A stretch of 64,000 nucleotides of DNA from an uncultured Gemmatimonadales bacterium (GTDB taxonomy: Bacteria > Gemmatimonadota > Gemmatimonadetes > Longimicrobiales > Longimicrobiaceae). Below the pieces are notes generated by a model. The model was not told where the DNA came from, did no database searches, and saw nothing but the letters and a program-made list of their open reading frames with translations. Shown piece by piece: positions 40,042-50,640 of this stretch. The translations under genes were made by a program, and so were the position numbers. Within the stretch, counting starts at the first letter, position 1. Each line of letters begins with the position of its first letter. The stretch is taken from assembly GCA_963716255.1 (NCBI GenBank), contig OY970303.1, positions 5,472,001 through 5,536,000 on the forward strand. The letters are read 5' to 3'.

Positions 40042-41619
40042 ATGCTTGCGCACGCCGTCATCTTCGCGGTAGCACTCTTTGCTGGGCTCGTGCTGACGCC
40101 GGTGGTCATCCGCACGGCGGTCGCCTGGGAGATGTTCGACCCTCCCCACGAGGACCGGCGGGTGCACACGGAGCCCCTTCCGCGCATCGGCGGCGTCGCG
40201 GTGTTCATGGCGATGGGCGCCGGGCTGCTGGTGACGGCGCTCGCCTCGCTTGTGGGGTTCGAGCTGCTCACCGGGCCGCGCAGCTTCTTCTACGGAGTGC
40301 TCTTCGGCGGCGGGATCATCTTCGCCACGGGGCTGGTGGACGACGTGCGGGGGCTGCGGCCGGGCGCCAAGCTGGTCGCCCAGCTGGTGGCGGCGTTCGT
40401 GGTGTACGCCTACGGGTTCCGCGTGGAGGTGGTGGGGGTCGGCTCCACGGAGCTGGTGCTGGGGTGGCTCGCGCTCCCGGTGACCATCCTGTGGATCGTG
40501 GGCGTCACCAACGCCTTCAACCTGATCGACGGGCTGGACGGCCTGGCCACCGGGATCGCGCTGGTGGCCCTGGTCACCACGCTGGTGGTGTCGCTGGCGC
40601 TCGGCAACGTGGAGGTAAGCCTCCTGTCCGTGGCGCTGCTGGGCGCGCTCTTCGGCTTCCTGCGCTACAATTTCAACCCCGCGCGCATCTTCCTGGGCGA
40701 TTCCGGGAGCCTGTTCGTGGGGTTCATGCTGGCGGTGCTCTCGGTGTACGGCTCGCAGAAGGCGGCCACGGCGATCCTGGCCGTGGTGCCGCTGTTCGCG
40801 CTGGCGGTGCCGCTCCTGGACACGGGGCTTGCCATCCTGCGGCGCTGGCTGCGCGGCATCCCCATCTCGCAGGCGGACGGGCGGCACATCCACCACCGCC
40901 TCCTGGCGCTGGGGCTCACGCACCGCAACGCGGTGATCGTGCTGTACGTTTCGGCGAGCGTGCTGGCGATGCTGGGGCTGTCGCTGGTGTTCGCGCCGCC
41001 CCCGGCGGTGATGTCGGTGGCGGCGGCGGGCGCGGGGGTGACGCTCTTCCTGCTGGTGTACGGCCTGCGCCGCCTGCAGTACCACGAGTTCGTGGAGGCG
41101 GGCGCGGTGCTGGCGTCCGGGCTGGCGCGGGTGCGGCGCACCATCCGCGACCGCATCTACGCCCAGGACCTGGGGCAGGTGGTGTGGAGCGCGGGGACCT
41201 TCGAGGAGGTCAACGCGGTGCTGGAGGACAACGCCACCACCTTCGGCTTCCTGCACATGGAGGTGTGCCGCGAGAGCGCGACCGGATCGCGCCCGCTGGT
41301 GCTCTTCGACGGGCACGCGGCCCGCGCCTGGAAGCTGGACTACCCGGTGACCTGGCACGACTTCGTGGAAAGCGACGACTACGTGCTGCGCATCTGGTGC
41401 AACCCGCGCGACGGGGCGCGCCCCTACGGCGCCGAGCGGGTGGCGCAGATCCTGGCTCCGGTGATCGAGGAGTGGATGGCGCGCTACGGTCCGCAGCGGG
41501 CGGCGGCGCGCGCCTTCGGACCCGGCCTGGAGATCGAGCGGGCGGATGCGGAGCGCGTCCTGGAGGTGGTGGAGGCGGTCAAGCCGGCGCGGCTGGGGCT
41601 GGTCCGCCCGCGGGCGTAG
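40042..41619 (+). CDS. WecA/TagO-like (MraY family) undecaprenyl-phosphate HexNAc-1-P transferase with a C-terminal extension
   Basis: PRIGGVA, GLVDD, NAFNLIDGLDGL, YNFNPARIFLGDSGS, HIHHRL. Confidence 0.92.
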   Translation: MLAHAVIFAVALFAGLVLTPVVIRTAVAWEMFDPPHEDRRVHTEPLPRIGGVAVFMAMGAGLLVTALASLVGFELLTGPRSFFYGVLFGGGIIFATGLVDDVRGLRPGAKLVAQLVAAFVVYAYGFRVEVVGVGSTELVLGWLALPVTILWIVGVTNAFNLIDGLDGLATGIALVALVTTLVVSLALGNVEVSLLSVALLGALFGFLRYNFNPARIFLGDSGSLFVGFMLAVLSVYGSQKAATAILAVVPLFALAVPLLDTGLAILRRWLRGIPISQADGRHIHHRLLALGLTHRNAVIVLYVSASVLAMLGLSLVFAPPPAVMSVAAAGAGVTLFLLVYGLRRLQYHEFVEAGAVLASGLARVRRTIRDRIYAQDLGQVVWSAGTFEEVNAVLEDNATTFGFLHMEVCRESATGSRPLVLFDGHAARAWKLDYPVTWHDFVESDDYVLRIWCNPRDGARPYGAERVAQILAPVIEEWMARYGPQRAAARAFGPGLEIERADAERVLEVVEAVKPARLGLVRPRA

Positions 41620-41816
41620 GACGCGGCCCGGCGCGCCCTCCGGTGGGGGCGCGTGGAGGCCACTCAAGTGCAGGTGGTTGAGAAGCTTTCGTTCGTGCGG
41701 TATATTCCCCTGCTGCCCCGTCCGGGGCAGCAGAATTTTTTGTGGGGTGTTCGCGCCGCCGTCCCGGCGGCACGGGCGGGCGCGGTCGCCCTCCCGCCGA
41801 GGATCACGGCAGTGGC

Positions 41817-42719
41817 ATGCAGATGGCTTCCCGCGTAGAGTCCACCATCACGCCGGTCTCCGGCCTCGTCCCGCCCCGCCAGGCGGAGCGCGCGAGCGCC
41901 CCGACGCTGGTGATCGAGCCGGCCGGGCGCTGGCCCCGGATCGACCTGCGGGAGCTGTGGGCCTACCGCGGGCTGTTCTTCTTCCTGGTGTGGCGCGACG
42001 TCAAGGTCCGCTACGCGCAGACCGTGCTCGGCGCCGGGTGGGCGATCCTGCAGCCGGTGCTGACCATGCTGGTCTTCACCGTCATCTTCGGGCGCTTCGC
42101 CGCCATCCCCTCCGACGGCGTGCCCTACGCGGTGTTCTCGCTGGCCGCGCTGGTGCCCTGGACGTACTTCTCCACGGCGCTCTCCGGGGCGAGCAACAGC
42201 CTGGTGTCCAGCACCAACCTGATCACCAAGGTGTACTTTCCGCGCCTGGTGATCCCCTTCGCGCCGGTGCTGGCGGGGCTGGTGGACTTCGCGGTGGCGC
42301 TGGCCGTGCTGGGCGCGGTGATGCTCTTCTACGGCATCGTCCCCGGCCCGCTGGCGCTGGTGGTGGTGCCGCTGCTCCTGCTGGGGATGATGCTCACCGC
42401 GGCGGGGGTGGGGTGCTGGCTCGCCGCGCTCAACATCCAGTACCGCGACGTCAAGCACGTGACGCCCTTTCTGGTGCAGGTGTGGATGTACGCGTCGCCC
42501 ATCGTCTACCCCATGTCGCTGGTCCCGGAGCAGTACCGCGGGTACTACGCGCTCAATCCCATGGCGGGGATCGTGGAGGGCTTCCGCGCCGTGCTCCTGG
42601 GCACGGGCGCCGTGGCCTGGCCCACCATCGGGATGTCGCTCGCCGTCGGCGCCGTTCTCTTTTTGACCGGCTCCCTCTACTTCCGGCGGACGGAGCGCGT
42701 CTTCGCCGACGTGGCCTGA
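41817..42719 (+). CDS. wzm: Polysaccharide ABC transporter permease
   Basis: ELWAYR, RDVKVRYAQTVLG, NLITKVYFPR, YRDV, LNPMAGIVEGFR, FADV. Confidence 0.92.
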   Translation: MQMASRVESTITPVSGLVPPRQAERASAPTLVIEPAGRWPRIDLRELWAYRGLFFFLVWRDVKVRYAQTVLGAGWAILQPVLTMLVFTVIFGRFAAIPSDGVPYAVFSLAALVPWTYFSTALSGASNSLVSSTNLITKVYFPRLVIPFAPVLAGLVDFAVALAVLGAVMLFYGIVPGPLALVVVPLLLLGMMLTAAGVGCWLAALNIQYRDVKHVTPFLVQVWMYASPIVYPMSLVPEQYRGYYALNPMAGIVEGFRAVLLGTGAVAWPTIGMSLAVGAVLFLTGSLYFRRTERVFADVA

Positions 42720-42735
42720 GCCGGGGATCCGCAGC

Positions 42736-44043
42736 ATGTCCAACATCGCAGTCCGGGTCGAGCACCTCGGCAAGCGCTACCGCATCGGCACGGCGGCCGG
42801 GCGCCACGACTCCATCCGCGAGGCGTTGGTGCAGGCCGCCAAGGCGCCGTTCCGCAACCTGGGACGCCTGCGCGACCTGGGTCGCTTCGCGGACGCGGAG
42901 GCGGACGACGTGGTGTGGGCGCTGCGCGACGTGTCCTTCGAGGTCAAGCACGGCGAGGCGGTGGGCGTCATCGGGCGCAACGGGGCGGGGAAGAGCACGC
43001 TGCTCAAGATCCTGTCGCGCATCACCGAGCCGAGCACCGGCCGCGCCATCGTGCACGGTCGGGTGGGCTCGCTTCTGGAGGTGGGGACGGGCTTCCACCC
43101 CGAGCTGACCGGGCGCGAGAACGTGTACCTGAACGGCTCCATCCTGGGGATGGACCGGGCGTACATCGACCGCAAGTTCGACGAGATCGTGGCGTTCTCG
43201 GGGGTGGAGAAGTTCGTGGACACCCCGGTGAAGCGCTACTCCAGCGGGATGTACCTCCGCCTGGCCTTCGCGGTCGCGGCGCACCTGGAGCCGGAGGTGC
43301 TGATCGTGGACGAGGTGCTTGCGGTGGGCGACGCGGAGTTCCAGAAGAAGTGCCTGGGGAAGATGGGCGAGGTGGCCAAGGAGGGGCGCACGGTGCTCTT
43401 CGTCAGCCACCACATGGGGGCGGTGCGGGCGCTCTGCGACTCGGTGATGCTGCTGAAGGCGGGGACCTCGGTGGCCTTCGGCAACCCGGACGACATCATC
43501 GCGGAGTACCTGGCGGTGCGCGGCGAGTCGGACACGGCGGAGCTCGTGTGGCCGGAGCTGCAGGGCGCGCCGGGGACGGACGACCTGCGGGCGAGGGCGC
43601 TGCGCCTGCGCGATGTCGACGGCCGCATCACCGGCGAGGTGGCGGACGACGAGGACCTGATGGTGGAGATCGAGTACGAGGTGGTGCACCGGATCTGGAA
43701 CGCGCAGGTGGGCTTCCAGGTGCTCACCGCGGACGGCACCATCGTCCTGGAGTCGTACCAGGGCGACCACCTGGAGGACGTGGGCACGCAGGAGCCGGGG
43801 GTGTACCACTGGAGCTGCCGCATCCCGGGGATGTTCCTGAACAGCGGGCAGTACTACGTGAAGCTGTGGGGCTACGTCCCGGACGTGAAGTACCTGTTTC
43901 CCACCGAGGTGCTGCTCCCCTTCGCGATCACCCAGCTCAAGCACCTGGGCGCCGACCGTGGCAAGCGGCCCGGGCTGATCCGCACCCCGCTGGAGTGGCA
44001 GGAGCTGTCCCCCGTCTCCGCCGGCCCGGGAGGGCTTCGCTGA
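42736..44043 (+). CDS. wzt: Polysaccharide ABC transporter ATPase with a C-terminal Wzt_C-like domain
   Basis: GRNGAGKSTLLK, GFHPELTGREN, YSSGM, DEVLAVGD; about 160-aa C-terminal domain. Confidence 0.93.
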   Translation: MSNIAVRVEHLGKRYRIGTAAGRHDSIREALVQAAKAPFRNLGRLRDLGRFADAEADDVVWALRDVSFEVKHGEAVGVIGRNGAGKSTLLKILSRITEPSTGRAIVHGRVGSLLEVGTGFHPELTGRENVYLNGSILGMDRAYIDRKFDEIVAFSGVEKFVDTPVKRYSSGMYLRLAFAVAAHLEPEVLIVDEVLAVGDAEFQKKCLGKMGEVAKEGRTVLFVSHHMGAVRALCDSVMLLKAGTSVAFGNPDDIIAEYLAVRGESDTAELVWPELQGAPGTDDLRARALRLRDVDGRITGEVADDEDLMVEIEYEVVHRIWNAQVGFQVLTADGTIVLESYQGDHLEDVGTQEPGVYHWSCRIPGMFLNSGQYYVKLWGYVPDVKYLFPTEVLLPFAITQLKHLGADRGKRPGLIRTPLEWQELSPVSAGPGGLR

Positions 44044-44131
44044 TCCGCAGGGCGGAAGCGCGCTCCGCCATGGGACGCCCTCTGGGGCCCCGGCATGCTC
44101 ATCCTCCACGGCGGGTGAGCATGCTTCGCTA

Positions 44132-45454
44132 TTGCCCAGGGCGGCGCGGGGCCGGGGGGGCGCGTTGAGGGTCCTCTACGACGTGTCGGTGCTCGGGATG
44201 AGCGCCCTGGACTCGCGCGCGAGGACGGGGGTGTTCCGCACCGTGGCGAGCCTGGCCGCGGGGCTGGCGGCGTCGCCGGAGTGCGAGCTGAGCTTCTGCG
44301 CCGGGGGCGAGAGCTTCTACCCGGTGTACGGGGCGCTCCGCTACCTGGAGGCGGACCCGCGCCTGGCGGGAACCCCGTTCGTGTCGGCGGGGGCGCGGGA
44401 GCGCGCGGCGCGCCGGCTGCTGGACGGCTTCTGGCCGTACACCCGCGAGCCGGAGGCGGGCGTCTCGCTGGGCGTGGGCGGGCGCGCCATGCGCAAGCTG
44501 GCGATCTCGGTCTTCAACACCGTGGCGGACCGCCCTCACCCGGTGGAGGCGCGGGAGCTGCGCGGGGCGGACGTCTACCACTCGCCGCACGGTCCGCTGC
44601 CCCCGCGGACCCGGGGCGCTACGACACGGCGCTTCATCACCGTGTACGACCTGATCGCCGTGTTCCGGCCGGATCTCTTCGAGGCGCACGTGCAGGACTA
44701 CGTCCGCTCCATCCTGGACAGCATCGGACCGGAGGACCGGGTCGCCTGCATCTCGGAGGCGACGCGCCGCGACCTGTGCGGGCACACCGGGATCGCCCCG
44801 GAGCGGGTGTTCGTGACGCCGCTGGCAGCCTCGCGCGAGCTGTTCCACCCGGTGGACGACCCGGCGGCGCTTGCGGCGGTGCGCGCGCGCTACGGGATCC
44901 CCGACGCGCCGTACCTGCTGAGCCTGAACACGCTGGAGCCGCGCAAGAACCTGGGGACGGCGGTGCGCGCCTTCGCCCGGCTGGTGGAGCAGGAGCGGAT
45001 CGGCGACCTGCGCCTGGTGCTGGTGGGCGCGCGCGGGTGGGACTTCACGGAGGTGTTCGACGCGGTGGAGCGCTCGCCGGCGCTGCGGGACCGCGTCCTC
45101 TTCCCCGGCTACGTGGCGGACCGGGACCTGGCGGCGCTCTACAGCGGCGCGCTCGCCTTCGTGTACCCGTCTCTGTACGAGGGCTTCGGGCTGCCGCCGC
45201 TGGAGGCGATGCAGTGCGGGGTGCCGGTGGTGACCTCCGACACGTCGGCGCTCCCGGAGGTGGTGGGCGGCGCGGGGCGGATGGTGGCGCCGGACGACGT
45301 GGACGGCTTCGCGGCGGCGCTGGGCGAGCTGTACCGCGACTCGGCGCTGCGGGCGGAGCTGGGGCGCCGCTCGCTCGTGCGGGCGCGGGAGTTCAGCTGG
45401 GAGCGCTGCACCCGCGAGACGCTGGCCGCCTACCGGACGGCGCTCGATGCCTGA
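44132..45454 (+). CDS. Glycosyltransferase family 4 (group 1)
   Basis: RTGVFR, TLEPRKN, YPSLYEGFGLPPLEAMQCG; start may be TTG at 44165. Confidence 0.9.
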   Translation: MPRAARGRGGALRVLYDVSVLGMSALDSRARTGVFRTVASLAAGLAASPECELSFCAGGESFYPVYGALRYLEADPRLAGTPFVSAGARERAARRLLDGFWPYTREPEAGVSLGVGGRAMRKLAISVFNTVADRPHPVEARELRGADVYHSPHGPLPPRTRGATTRRFITVYDLIAVFRPDLFEAHVQDYVRSILDSIGPEDRVACISEATRRDLCGHTGIAPERVFVTPLAASRELFHPVDDPAALAAVRARYGIPDAPYLLSLNTLEPRKNLGTAVRAFARLVEQERIGDLRLVLVGARGWDFTEVFDAVERSPALRDRVLFPGYVADRDLAALYSGALAFVYPSLYEGFGLPPLEAMQCGVPVVTSDTSALPEVVGGAGRMVAPDDVDGFAAALGELYRDSALRAELGRRSLVRAREFSWERCTRETLAAYRTALDA

Positions 45455-46652
45455 GGCCGCGCGCGGTCCGGTCCCCGCCCCGGAGGCGGTGCGCAGGGTG
45501 TTCGTGCTGCGGCCGGACAACCTGGGCGACGTGGTACTTTTTTCGGGGGCGCTCCGCCAGCTGAGGACGCTGTACCCCAACGCGGAGGTGGACCTCTGCG
45601 TGAAGCGCTACGTGCGCAACCTGGTGGAGGCGTGCCCGTACGTGGACCGCATCGTCCACTGGGAGGAGCTGCACGCGGACTGGCCGGCGTGGACGCGGCG
45701 GATCCGCGGGCTGACGCGCCTGGAGCTGGCGACCCGCCGCATGGGGCTGCGGCTGCGGCACCGCGCCGACGTGGCGCTCCTCCCCGTGCGCTCCCCGTCC
45801 CCGGAGATGCACGCCACGCTGGCGGCGATCCCGGGGGCGCTGCGCTTCGGGGTGGCGGGGTCGGACGCGAACCAGCCGCCGGACGCGGACCGCTCGGCGG
45901 ACGGGATCTACGCGCGGCGGCTGACGCTGGGGCCGGAGCGCACCCGGGAGCACGAGCTGGAGGTGAACCGCGACTTCCTCCGCATGCTGGGCGCGCAGGT
46001 GGAGCTGGAGGACGTGCGGCCGGAGTTCTGGACCACGGCCGCGGACCGCGGCTGGGCGGAGGCGCACGTGCGGCGCGAGGAGGGGACCACGCTGCTGGCG
46101 CTGGCGCCGGGGGTGACGGCGCCGGCGGGCAAGGCGTACCCGGCCGCGCGCTACGCGGAGGTGCTCGCGGGCGTGCCGGAGCGCCGCTTCGGCGTGGTGC
46201 TGCTGGGCGGCGCCGCGGACGCGGCGGCGTGCGCGGAGGTGGCGGCGGCGCTCGCCGGGACGACCAACGTGGCCGGGGTCGCGAACCTGGCGGGGCGCTC
46301 CACCATCCGCGAGATGGTGGAGGCGATCCGCCGCTGCGACGCGGTGCTGGGCCCCGATTCCGCGCCGCTGCACGTGGGCGTCGCGCTGGGGAAGCCCACC
46401 GCGAGCATCGTGGGCGGGGGGCACTGGGGGCGCTTCCACCCCTGGGGCGACCCGGCCCTGAACCGCGTCGTCCACCTCCCCATGGGGTGCTACGGCTGCG
46501 GCTGGGCCTGCCCGTACGAGACCATGCGCTGCGTGCAGGACATCGCCCCGGCGGCGGTCGCCCGGGAGCTGCGTGCGGCGCTGGACGCCGCGCCGGGCGG
46601 CGCCGCGCACGCCGCCATTGCGCTCGCGGACGCCGGGCGCCAGCATTCCTGA
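45447..46652 (+). CDS. Glycosyltransferase family 9 (heptosyltransferase-like)
   Basis: RPDNLGDVVL, NLAGRSTI, DSAPLHVGVALGKPT, Cys-rich C-terminal motif. Confidence 0.88.
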   Translation: MPEAARGPVPAPEAVRRVFVLRPDNLGDVVLFSGALRQLRTLYPNAEVDLCVKRYVRNLVEACPYVDRIVHWEELHADWPAWTRRIRGLTRLELATRRMGLRLRHRADVALLPVRSPSPEMHATLAAIPGALRFGVAGSDANQPPDADRSADGIYARRLTLGPERTREHELEVNRDFLRMLGAQVELEDVRPEFWTTAADRGWAEAHVRREEGTTLLALAPGVTAPAGKAYPAARYAEVLAGVPERRFGVVLLGGAADAAACAEVAAALAGTTNVAGVANLAGRSTIREMVEAIRRCDAVLGPDSAPLHVGVALGKPTASIVGGGHWGRFHPWGDPALNRVVHLPMGCYGCGWACPYETMRCVQDIAPAAVARELRAALDAAPGGAAHAAIALADAGRQHS

Positions 46653-46833
46653 CATCGGCGGCTTCCGGATTCCTCGCCCCGCGCCACCTCGACCGCACCT
46701 TTCCGGCGACTCCGTTCCGGCCGCTCGTCCCGCCCCGTGGCGTGACCCCGGCGCCGCTGCCTCGTCTGTTGCCGGAGGCGACATTCCACCTCCCGCCCAT
46801 CCGGTCCCCCGCGGACCCCACCGATCCACCACG

Positions 46834-48099
46834 ATGCGCACGCTGCTCCAGGGTATCCGCCACCTCATCCGCAGCGCGCTGGCCGGGCACGGCCGCGCCC
46901 CGCTCACCGTGTACGGGTGTCCGGCGGAGGCCCGCGACCGGGACTTCTGGCCGCACGCCTGGAGCTGGTTCGCCTCGGACGAGGCGGCGATCCGCGCCCG
47001 CGGCGGGGACTACCGCCCGGTGCACTTCGCCGAGACGGTGTGCCGGCGTCCCCCGCGCACCCTGGACCCGCGCCCTCACTGGTTCTTCGGGATGGACGCG
47101 GCGCAGGACCTCCCCTCGTCCTTCGCGGCGGTGGTCCCGGAGGGGCGCGCGGCCGGGGCGGCGGGCGCGGTGTTCGCGTCGGACGGGCGCATGCTGGGCG
47201 ACCTGTCGCGCGAGTTCGGCACGCCGGCGATCGCGCACCCGGCCCTGCGCGGGCCGCTGCCGCCGGCGCGGCGAGTGGAGGGGACGGTGGTGGTGCTCGC
47301 CGCCCCGGGGAGCCGCGTCTACTACCACTGGCTGCTGGACGTGCTGCCGCGCGTGGAGATCGCGCGGCGGGCGGGCTTCGGGGGCGAGGGAACGGAGCGC
47401 TTCCTGGTGTCCGGCGGCTTGCTCCCCTTCCAGCGGGAAACGCTCGCGGCGCTGGGGATCGGCCCGGAGCGGGTCCTGGACGCCGCCCAGTACCCGCACC
47501 TGGTCGCCGAGCGGCTGGTGGTGCCGTCGTACCCCGGGCGCGCGGAGCACCCGCCGCGCTGGGTGTGCGAGTTCCTGCGGCGCGCGCTGCTCCCCGAAGC
47601 CCGCGACGCGGCCCCGGTGCGGCTGTACGTGTCCCGCGCGGACGCGGAGGAGCGCCGGGTGGCGAACGAGGCGGAGGTGGAGGGCCTGCTGCGCGGGCGC
47701 GGCTTCCGCACCGTGGTGCTGGGGGAGCTCCCGGTGGCGGAGCAGGCGGCGCTGTTCGCGTCGGCGGAGGTGGTGGCGGGGCCGCACGGGAGCGGGCTGG
47801 CGAACCTGGCCTTCTGCGCGCCGGGGACCCGGGTGGTGGAGATGTTCGCGCCGGGGTACGTGAACCCCTGCTTCTGGTCGCTGGCGAGCCAGGCGGGGCT
47901 GGACTACGCCTACCTGCTGGGCGAGGGGCCGCGCCCGCCCGACTACGTCCACCCGCACGACAGCGCGGCCGACATGACCGTGGACCCGGCGGCTCTGGAG
48001 CGGCTGCTGGACCTGCTGGGGATCGCGGCCCCGGCGCCCGCGCCGCGCTACGAGGAGGCCGGCGCCGCGCCGCGCGCCGACGTGCCGGCGATGGCCTGA
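46834..48099 (+). CDS. Glycosyltransferase family 61 (DUF563-like)
   Basis: YYHWLLDVLPR, RLYVSRAD, RRVANE, GPHGSGLANLAF. Confidence 0.85.
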   Translation: MRTLLQGIRHLIRSALAGHGRAPLTVYGCPAEARDRDFWPHAWSWFASDEAAIRARGGDYRPVHFAETVCRRPPRTLDPRPHWFFGMDAAQDLPSSFAAVVPEGRAAGAAGAVFASDGRMLGDLSREFGTPAIAHPALRGPLPPARRVEGTVVVLAAPGSRVYYHWLLDVLPRVEIARRAGFGGEGTERFLVSGGLLPFQRETLAALGIGPERVLDAAQYPHLVAERLVVPSYPGRAEHPPRWVCEFLRRALLPEARDAAPVRLYVSRADAEERRVANEAEVEGLLRGRGFRTVVLGELPVAEQAALFASAEVVAGPHGSGLANLAFCAPGTRVVEMFAPGYVNPCFWSLASQAGLDYAYLLGEGPRPPDYVHPHDSAADMTVDPAALERLLDLLGIAAPAPAPRYEEAGAAPRADVPAMA

Positions 48100-48126
48100 G
48101 GCCGGGGCCCGGGCGCCGCCGGTCCA

Positions 48127-48156
48127 TTGACGGCCGGCGCGGGGCGGGTTTACTGT
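48127..48156 (+). promoter_or_regulatory. Putative sigma70 promoter
   Basis: TTGACG-N18-TACTGT. Confidence 0.4.
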
Positions 48157-48288
48157 TGATTCTTTTGCCGGAACCCGTTTGCGCTCTCCGGGCGGCTCCG
48201 TCCGCAGCTGGAGAGCGCCGGCCGGCGTGACCCTTCCTCCGCGGAGCCGCAGCGCGCACGGGCGCACGGCCGCGGCCCCGGGACCCGA

Positions 48289-49491
48289 GTGAACGTCGTC
48301 TTCCTGAACCCGTCCGGCCAGATCGGGGGCGCCGAGCGGAGCCTGCTCGACATCATGGCGAGCCTGCGCGCCGCGCGTCCCGACTGGACGCTGGGGCTGG
48401 TGGCGACCGCCGACGGCCCGCTGGTCCCCGCCGCGGAGGCGCTCGGGGTGCGCGTGGCGGTGGTCCCGCTGCCGGAAGGGATCGCCCGCCTGGGCGACGG
48501 GGGCGCCAGCCGCTCCGCGTCGCTGCCGCGGCTCCTTGGCGCGCTCCCCGCGGGTCCGGGGTACGTGCGGCGGCTGCGCCGCGCCGTCCGCGCCCTGGAG
48601 CCCGACGTGCTGCACACCAACGGCTTCAAGATGCACGTGCTGGGGCTGTGGGCCCGGCCGCGCGGGGTGCCCGTGGTGTGGCACGTGCACGACTTCGTGG
48701 CCCGCCGGCCGCTGATGTCGCGCCTGCTGCGCCTCCACGCCCGCGGGTGCGCCGCCGTGGTCGCGAACTCGCACGCCGTCGCGGAGGACGTGCGGCGCGT
48801 CGCCGGGACGCGCGTGCGCGGCGGGGTGCACGCGGTGCACAACGCGGTGGACCTGGAGGCGTTCTCGCCCGGAGGGATTCGGCTGGAGCTTGACGAGCGC
48901 GCCGGGCTGGAGCCGGCGCCGCCGGGGACCGTGCGGGTGGGGCTGGTGGCGACGCTGGCGTGGTGGAAGGGGCACGAGACCTTCCTCCGCGCCGTTTCGC
49001 TGCTCCCCCCGGAGCTGCCGGTGCGGGCGTACGTGGTGGGCGGGGCGCTGTACGAGACGGCGGACAGCCAGCGCTCGCTGGACGACCTGCGCGCCCTCGC
49101 CGCGCGGCTGGGGGTGGCGGAGCGGGTGGGCTTCACCGGCTACGTGGAGGACGCGGCCGCGGCGATGCGCGCCCTGGACGTGGTGGTGCACGCCAGCACC
49201 GAGCCGGAGCCCTTCGGGCTGGTGATCGCGGAGGCGATGGCGTGCGGGCGGGCCTTGGTCGCGAGCGAGGCGGGCGGGGCGGCGGAGCTGTTCCGCCCCG
49301 GCGTGGACGCGCTGGGCCACGCCCCCGGCGACGCCGCGGGGCTGGCGCGGCGCATCGCGGAGCTGGCGGGGGACGCCGGGCTGCGGGCGCGGCTCGGGGC
49401 GGAGGGCCGCGCCACGGCGGAGCGCCGCTTCGACCGCGCGCGGCTGGCGGCGGAGCTGGTCCCCATCTACCAGACGGCAGCGGAGCAGTAG
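48289..49491 (+). CDS. Glycosyltransferase family 4
   Basis: GGAERSL, WKGHETF, EPEPFGLVIAEAMACG. Confidence 0.9.
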   Translation: MNVVFLNPSGQIGGAERSLLDIMASLRAARPDWTLGLVATADGPLVPAAEALGVRVAVVPLPEGIARLGDGGASRSASLPRLLGALPAGPGYVRRLRRAVRALEPDVLHTNGFKMHVLGLWARPRGVPVVWHVHDFVARRPLMSRLLRLHARGCAAVVANSHAVAEDVRRVAGTRVRGGVHAVHNAVDLEAFSPGGIRLELDERAGLEPAPPGTVRVGLVATLAWWKGHETFLRAVSLLPPELPVRAYVVGGALYETADSQRSLDDLRALAARLGVAERVGFTGYVEDAAAAMRALDVVVHASTEPEPFGLVIAEAMACGRALVASEAGGAAELFRPGVDALGHAPGDAAGLARRIAELAGDAGLRARLGAEGRATAERRFDRARLAAELVPIYQTAAEQ

Positions 49492-49496
49492 ACCGA

Positions 49497-50636
49497 ATGC
49501 GGGTGCTTCATCTTTCCAGCGGGAACCTGTACGGGGGGGTCGAGACCTTCCTCGTCACCCTGGCGCGCCACGGCGGCGCCGGGGCGGCGATGGAGGCGTC
49601 GTACGCCCTGTCCGCAGAGGGGCGGCTCAGCGAGGAGCTGCGCGCCGCCGGGGCCCCCGTGCACCCGCTGGGAGCGGTCCGCGCCCGAAACCCGCTGTCG
49701 GTACGCCGCGCGCGCGGGGCGCTGCGGGAGCTGCTGCGTCGCGAGCGCTTCGACGCCGCCGTGTGCCACTCGGCGTGGGCGCAGGCGCTCTTCGGCCCCG
49801 CGGTGCGCGCCGCCGGCGTCCCGCTGGCCTTCTACCTGCACGGCGACGTGCGGGGGCGCCACTGGACGGAGCGCCTGGCGGGCCGCGTCCGCCCCGACCT
49901 GGTGGTGGGCAACAGCCGCTACACCCTTGGCACCCTCCCCAACCTGTATCCCGGCGCGCGCGCCGAGCTGGTGGCGTACCCGGTGGAGCCGCCGGACGCC
50001 GCGCTCGGCCGCGAGCGCGACGCGACCCGCGCGGAGATGGGCGCCGCGCCGGGCGACGTGGTGATCGTGCAGTCTTGCCGGCTGGAGCCCTGGAAAGGGC
50101 ACCGGCTGCACCTGGAGGCGCTGGGCCGGCTGCGCGAGGTGCCGGGGTGGACGTGCTGGCAGGTGGGCGGGGTGCAGCGGGACGGCGAGGCCGCGTACCT
50201 GCGCGAGCTGCGGGCGCGGGCGGAGCGCCTGGGGATCGCGGACCGGGTGCGCTGGGTGGGGCAGCGGCGCGACGTCCCCCGCATCCTGGCCGCCGCGGAC
50301 GTGCACTGCCAGCCCAACCTGGGACCGGAGCCCTTCGGGATCGCCTACGTGGAGGCGCTGTACGCCGGCCTCCCCGTGGTCAGCACCGAGATGGGCGGCG
50401 CGGCGGAGATCGTGGACCCGGGCTGCGGGATCCTGACCCCGCCCGGCGACGCGGACGCCCTGGCGGCCGCCCTGCGGCGCCTGGTGGCCGACCCCGCGCT
50501 GCGCGCCTCGCTGGGCGCGGCGGGGCCCGCCCGCGCGGCGGAGCTCTGCGACCCCGCGCGCCAGGTGGAGCGGCTGGCCCGCGCGCTGGCGGGCGCGGGG
50601 CGCCCGGCCGGGGCCCCGGCGCCCGCGGAGCGCTAG
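49497..50636 (+). CDS. Glycosyltransferase family 4
   Basis: YGGVETFL, RLEPWKG, EPFGIAYVEALYAGLPV. Confidence 0.9.
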   Translation: MRVLHLSSGNLYGGVETFLVTLARHGGAGAAMEASYALSAEGRLSEELRAAGAPVHPLGAVRARNPLSVRRARGALRELLRRERFDAAVCHSAWAQALFGPAVRAAGVPLAFYLHGDVRGRHWTERLAGRVRPDLVVGNSRYTLGTLPNLYPGARAELVAYPVEPPDAALGRERDATRAEMGAAPGDVVIVQSCRLEPWKGHRLHLEALGRLREVPGWTCWQVGGVQRDGEAAYLRELRARAERLGIADRVRWVGQRRDVPRILAAADVHCQPNLGPEPFGIAYVEALYAGLPVVSTEMGGAAEIVDPGCGILTPPGDADALAAALRRLVADPALRASLGAAGPARAAELCDPARQVERLARALAGAGRPAGAPAPAER

Positions 50637-50640
50637 CCGC

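Noticed and set aside
45430..49320. Very long antisense or alternative-frame ORFs (e.g. 1296 aa at 45430-49320, 908 aa at 3533-6259, 919 aa at 58402-61161)
   Set aside because: These are shadow ORFs expected in very GC-rich DNA. They are Arg/Pro/Ala/Gly-rich and overlap well-supported genes.
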